Source of the DNA: Nostoc sp. PCC 7120 = FACHB-418
GTDB taxonomy: Bacteria; Cyanobacteriota; Cyanobacteriia; Cyanobacteriales; Nostocaceae
Length of the DNA: 32,000 bases
NCBI RefSeq assembly: GCF_000009705.1
Contig: NC_003270.1
Coordinates: 8,341-40,340, forward strand
Direction: 5' to 3'
The notes under the pieces were generated by a model. It was not told the origin of the DNA. It saw only the letters and a program-made list of their open reading frames with translations, and searched no databases. The translations under genes were made by a program, and so were the position numbers. Shown one piece after another: positions 31,451-32,000 of this stretch (position 1 is the first letter of the stretch; every line of letters begins with the position of its first letter).

Positions 31451-32000
31451 ACTTGAAACAGCCTCAATTAACAGCCAAAACAATTCTCTCAAGAAATATT
31501 AAAATAGTCGTACTTACTACGGCTATATGCGTTTTTTTCGCATTTAAGCGGCTTTGGCTATTTTAGGGTTGCCAAAATTTCGGCAATTTGAACTTAATCA
31601 GCATCACAACAGAATGATATCAAGTTTATCCAAGAAGTGAGCTATAAGCGTGAGCGATCGCCCGATCAAAAAAATTAAAGCGTATTAACATATTAGGGAG
31701 TTGATACCACACTGCAAGAGAAATACTTTTAAAGTATTGAGCATCGATAATACATTTTATGTTGCAATTGTAATTCAAGATTTTTTTCTAGAACTTAACC
31801 CAGTACACTTAACAGGAGATGATTTTTCTTTCAGTCCTAGTCAGGAATTATTCATCCTGGAATCCCCACGCTTGTTGATCAAGCTGAAACTTGTTTTAAG
31901 TAGTGAAATTGTCTGATTAATCACAGTTACAAACAGCAGACATTTTGCACCTAAATACCGGATTCCTCTACAAAATGTCTGGTATTCTGCACAGCTTATA

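Noticed and set aside
31626-31634. A DnaA-box-like TTATCCAAG.
   Set aside because: It is a single 7/9 match to TTATCCACA and is easily a chance occurrence in AT-rich DNA.
31701-31916. A 71-aa ORF in the terminal AT-rich region.
   Set aside because: It has a TTG-type start, a low-complexity hydrophobic sequence and no RBS. It is probably non-coding.
1-32000. A search for CRISPR arrays, rRNA and tRNA genes.
   Set aside because: No regularly spaced 25-40-bp direct repeats and no conserved rRNA or tRNA signatures were recognised on either strand.

Overview
This window reads as part of a large plasmid or plasmid-like accessory replicon from a filamentous (Nostocales-type) cyanobacterium. The evidence for that origin is ten copies of the HIP1 octamer GCGATCGC, a pentapeptide-repeat protein, a GUN4 domain and multiple STAND/NACHT NTPases.

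Layout:
- 1-5.5 kb: a small RHH gene with palindromic operators, then a type II (ParM plus putative ParR) partition module. It heads a translationally coupled operon of small, coiled-coil and membrane proteins that ends in a membrane-anchored P-loop NTPase.
- 5.55-5.71 kb: a dense AGACACC iteron array.
- 5.76-6.43 kb: a NarL/LuxR-type response regulator.
- 6.6-21 kb: the most interesting part. Three STAND/NACHT NTPases have three different C-terminal modules: a glycine-zipper TM domain, HEAT-like repeats plus a zinc ribbon, and FGE-like plus GUN4. With them are a TM pentapeptide-repeat protein and two small or medium proteins of unknown fold. All six proteins carry the same ~17-residue Q/N/G-rich motif at a terminus. 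A tyrosine recombinase sits inside this island.
- 21.1-27.3 kb: a mobile-element mosaic. It holds an internally deleted IS copy with a nested 366-bp MITE, a GT39-like membrane glycosyltransferase, and an intact 2.4-kb IS with perfect 15-bp TIRs, a 7-bp TSD, a DDE transposase and a passenger RHH-like ORF.
- 27.5-29.9 kb: ParA/ParB with two long parS-like palindromes, and a Phd/Doc toxin-antitoxin pair.
- 30-32 kb: two small reverse-strand ORFs and a dyad/iteron-rich non-coding region.

No rRNA, tRNA or CRISPR array was recognised. All domain calls come from motif recognition by eye. No database, HMM or structure search was run.
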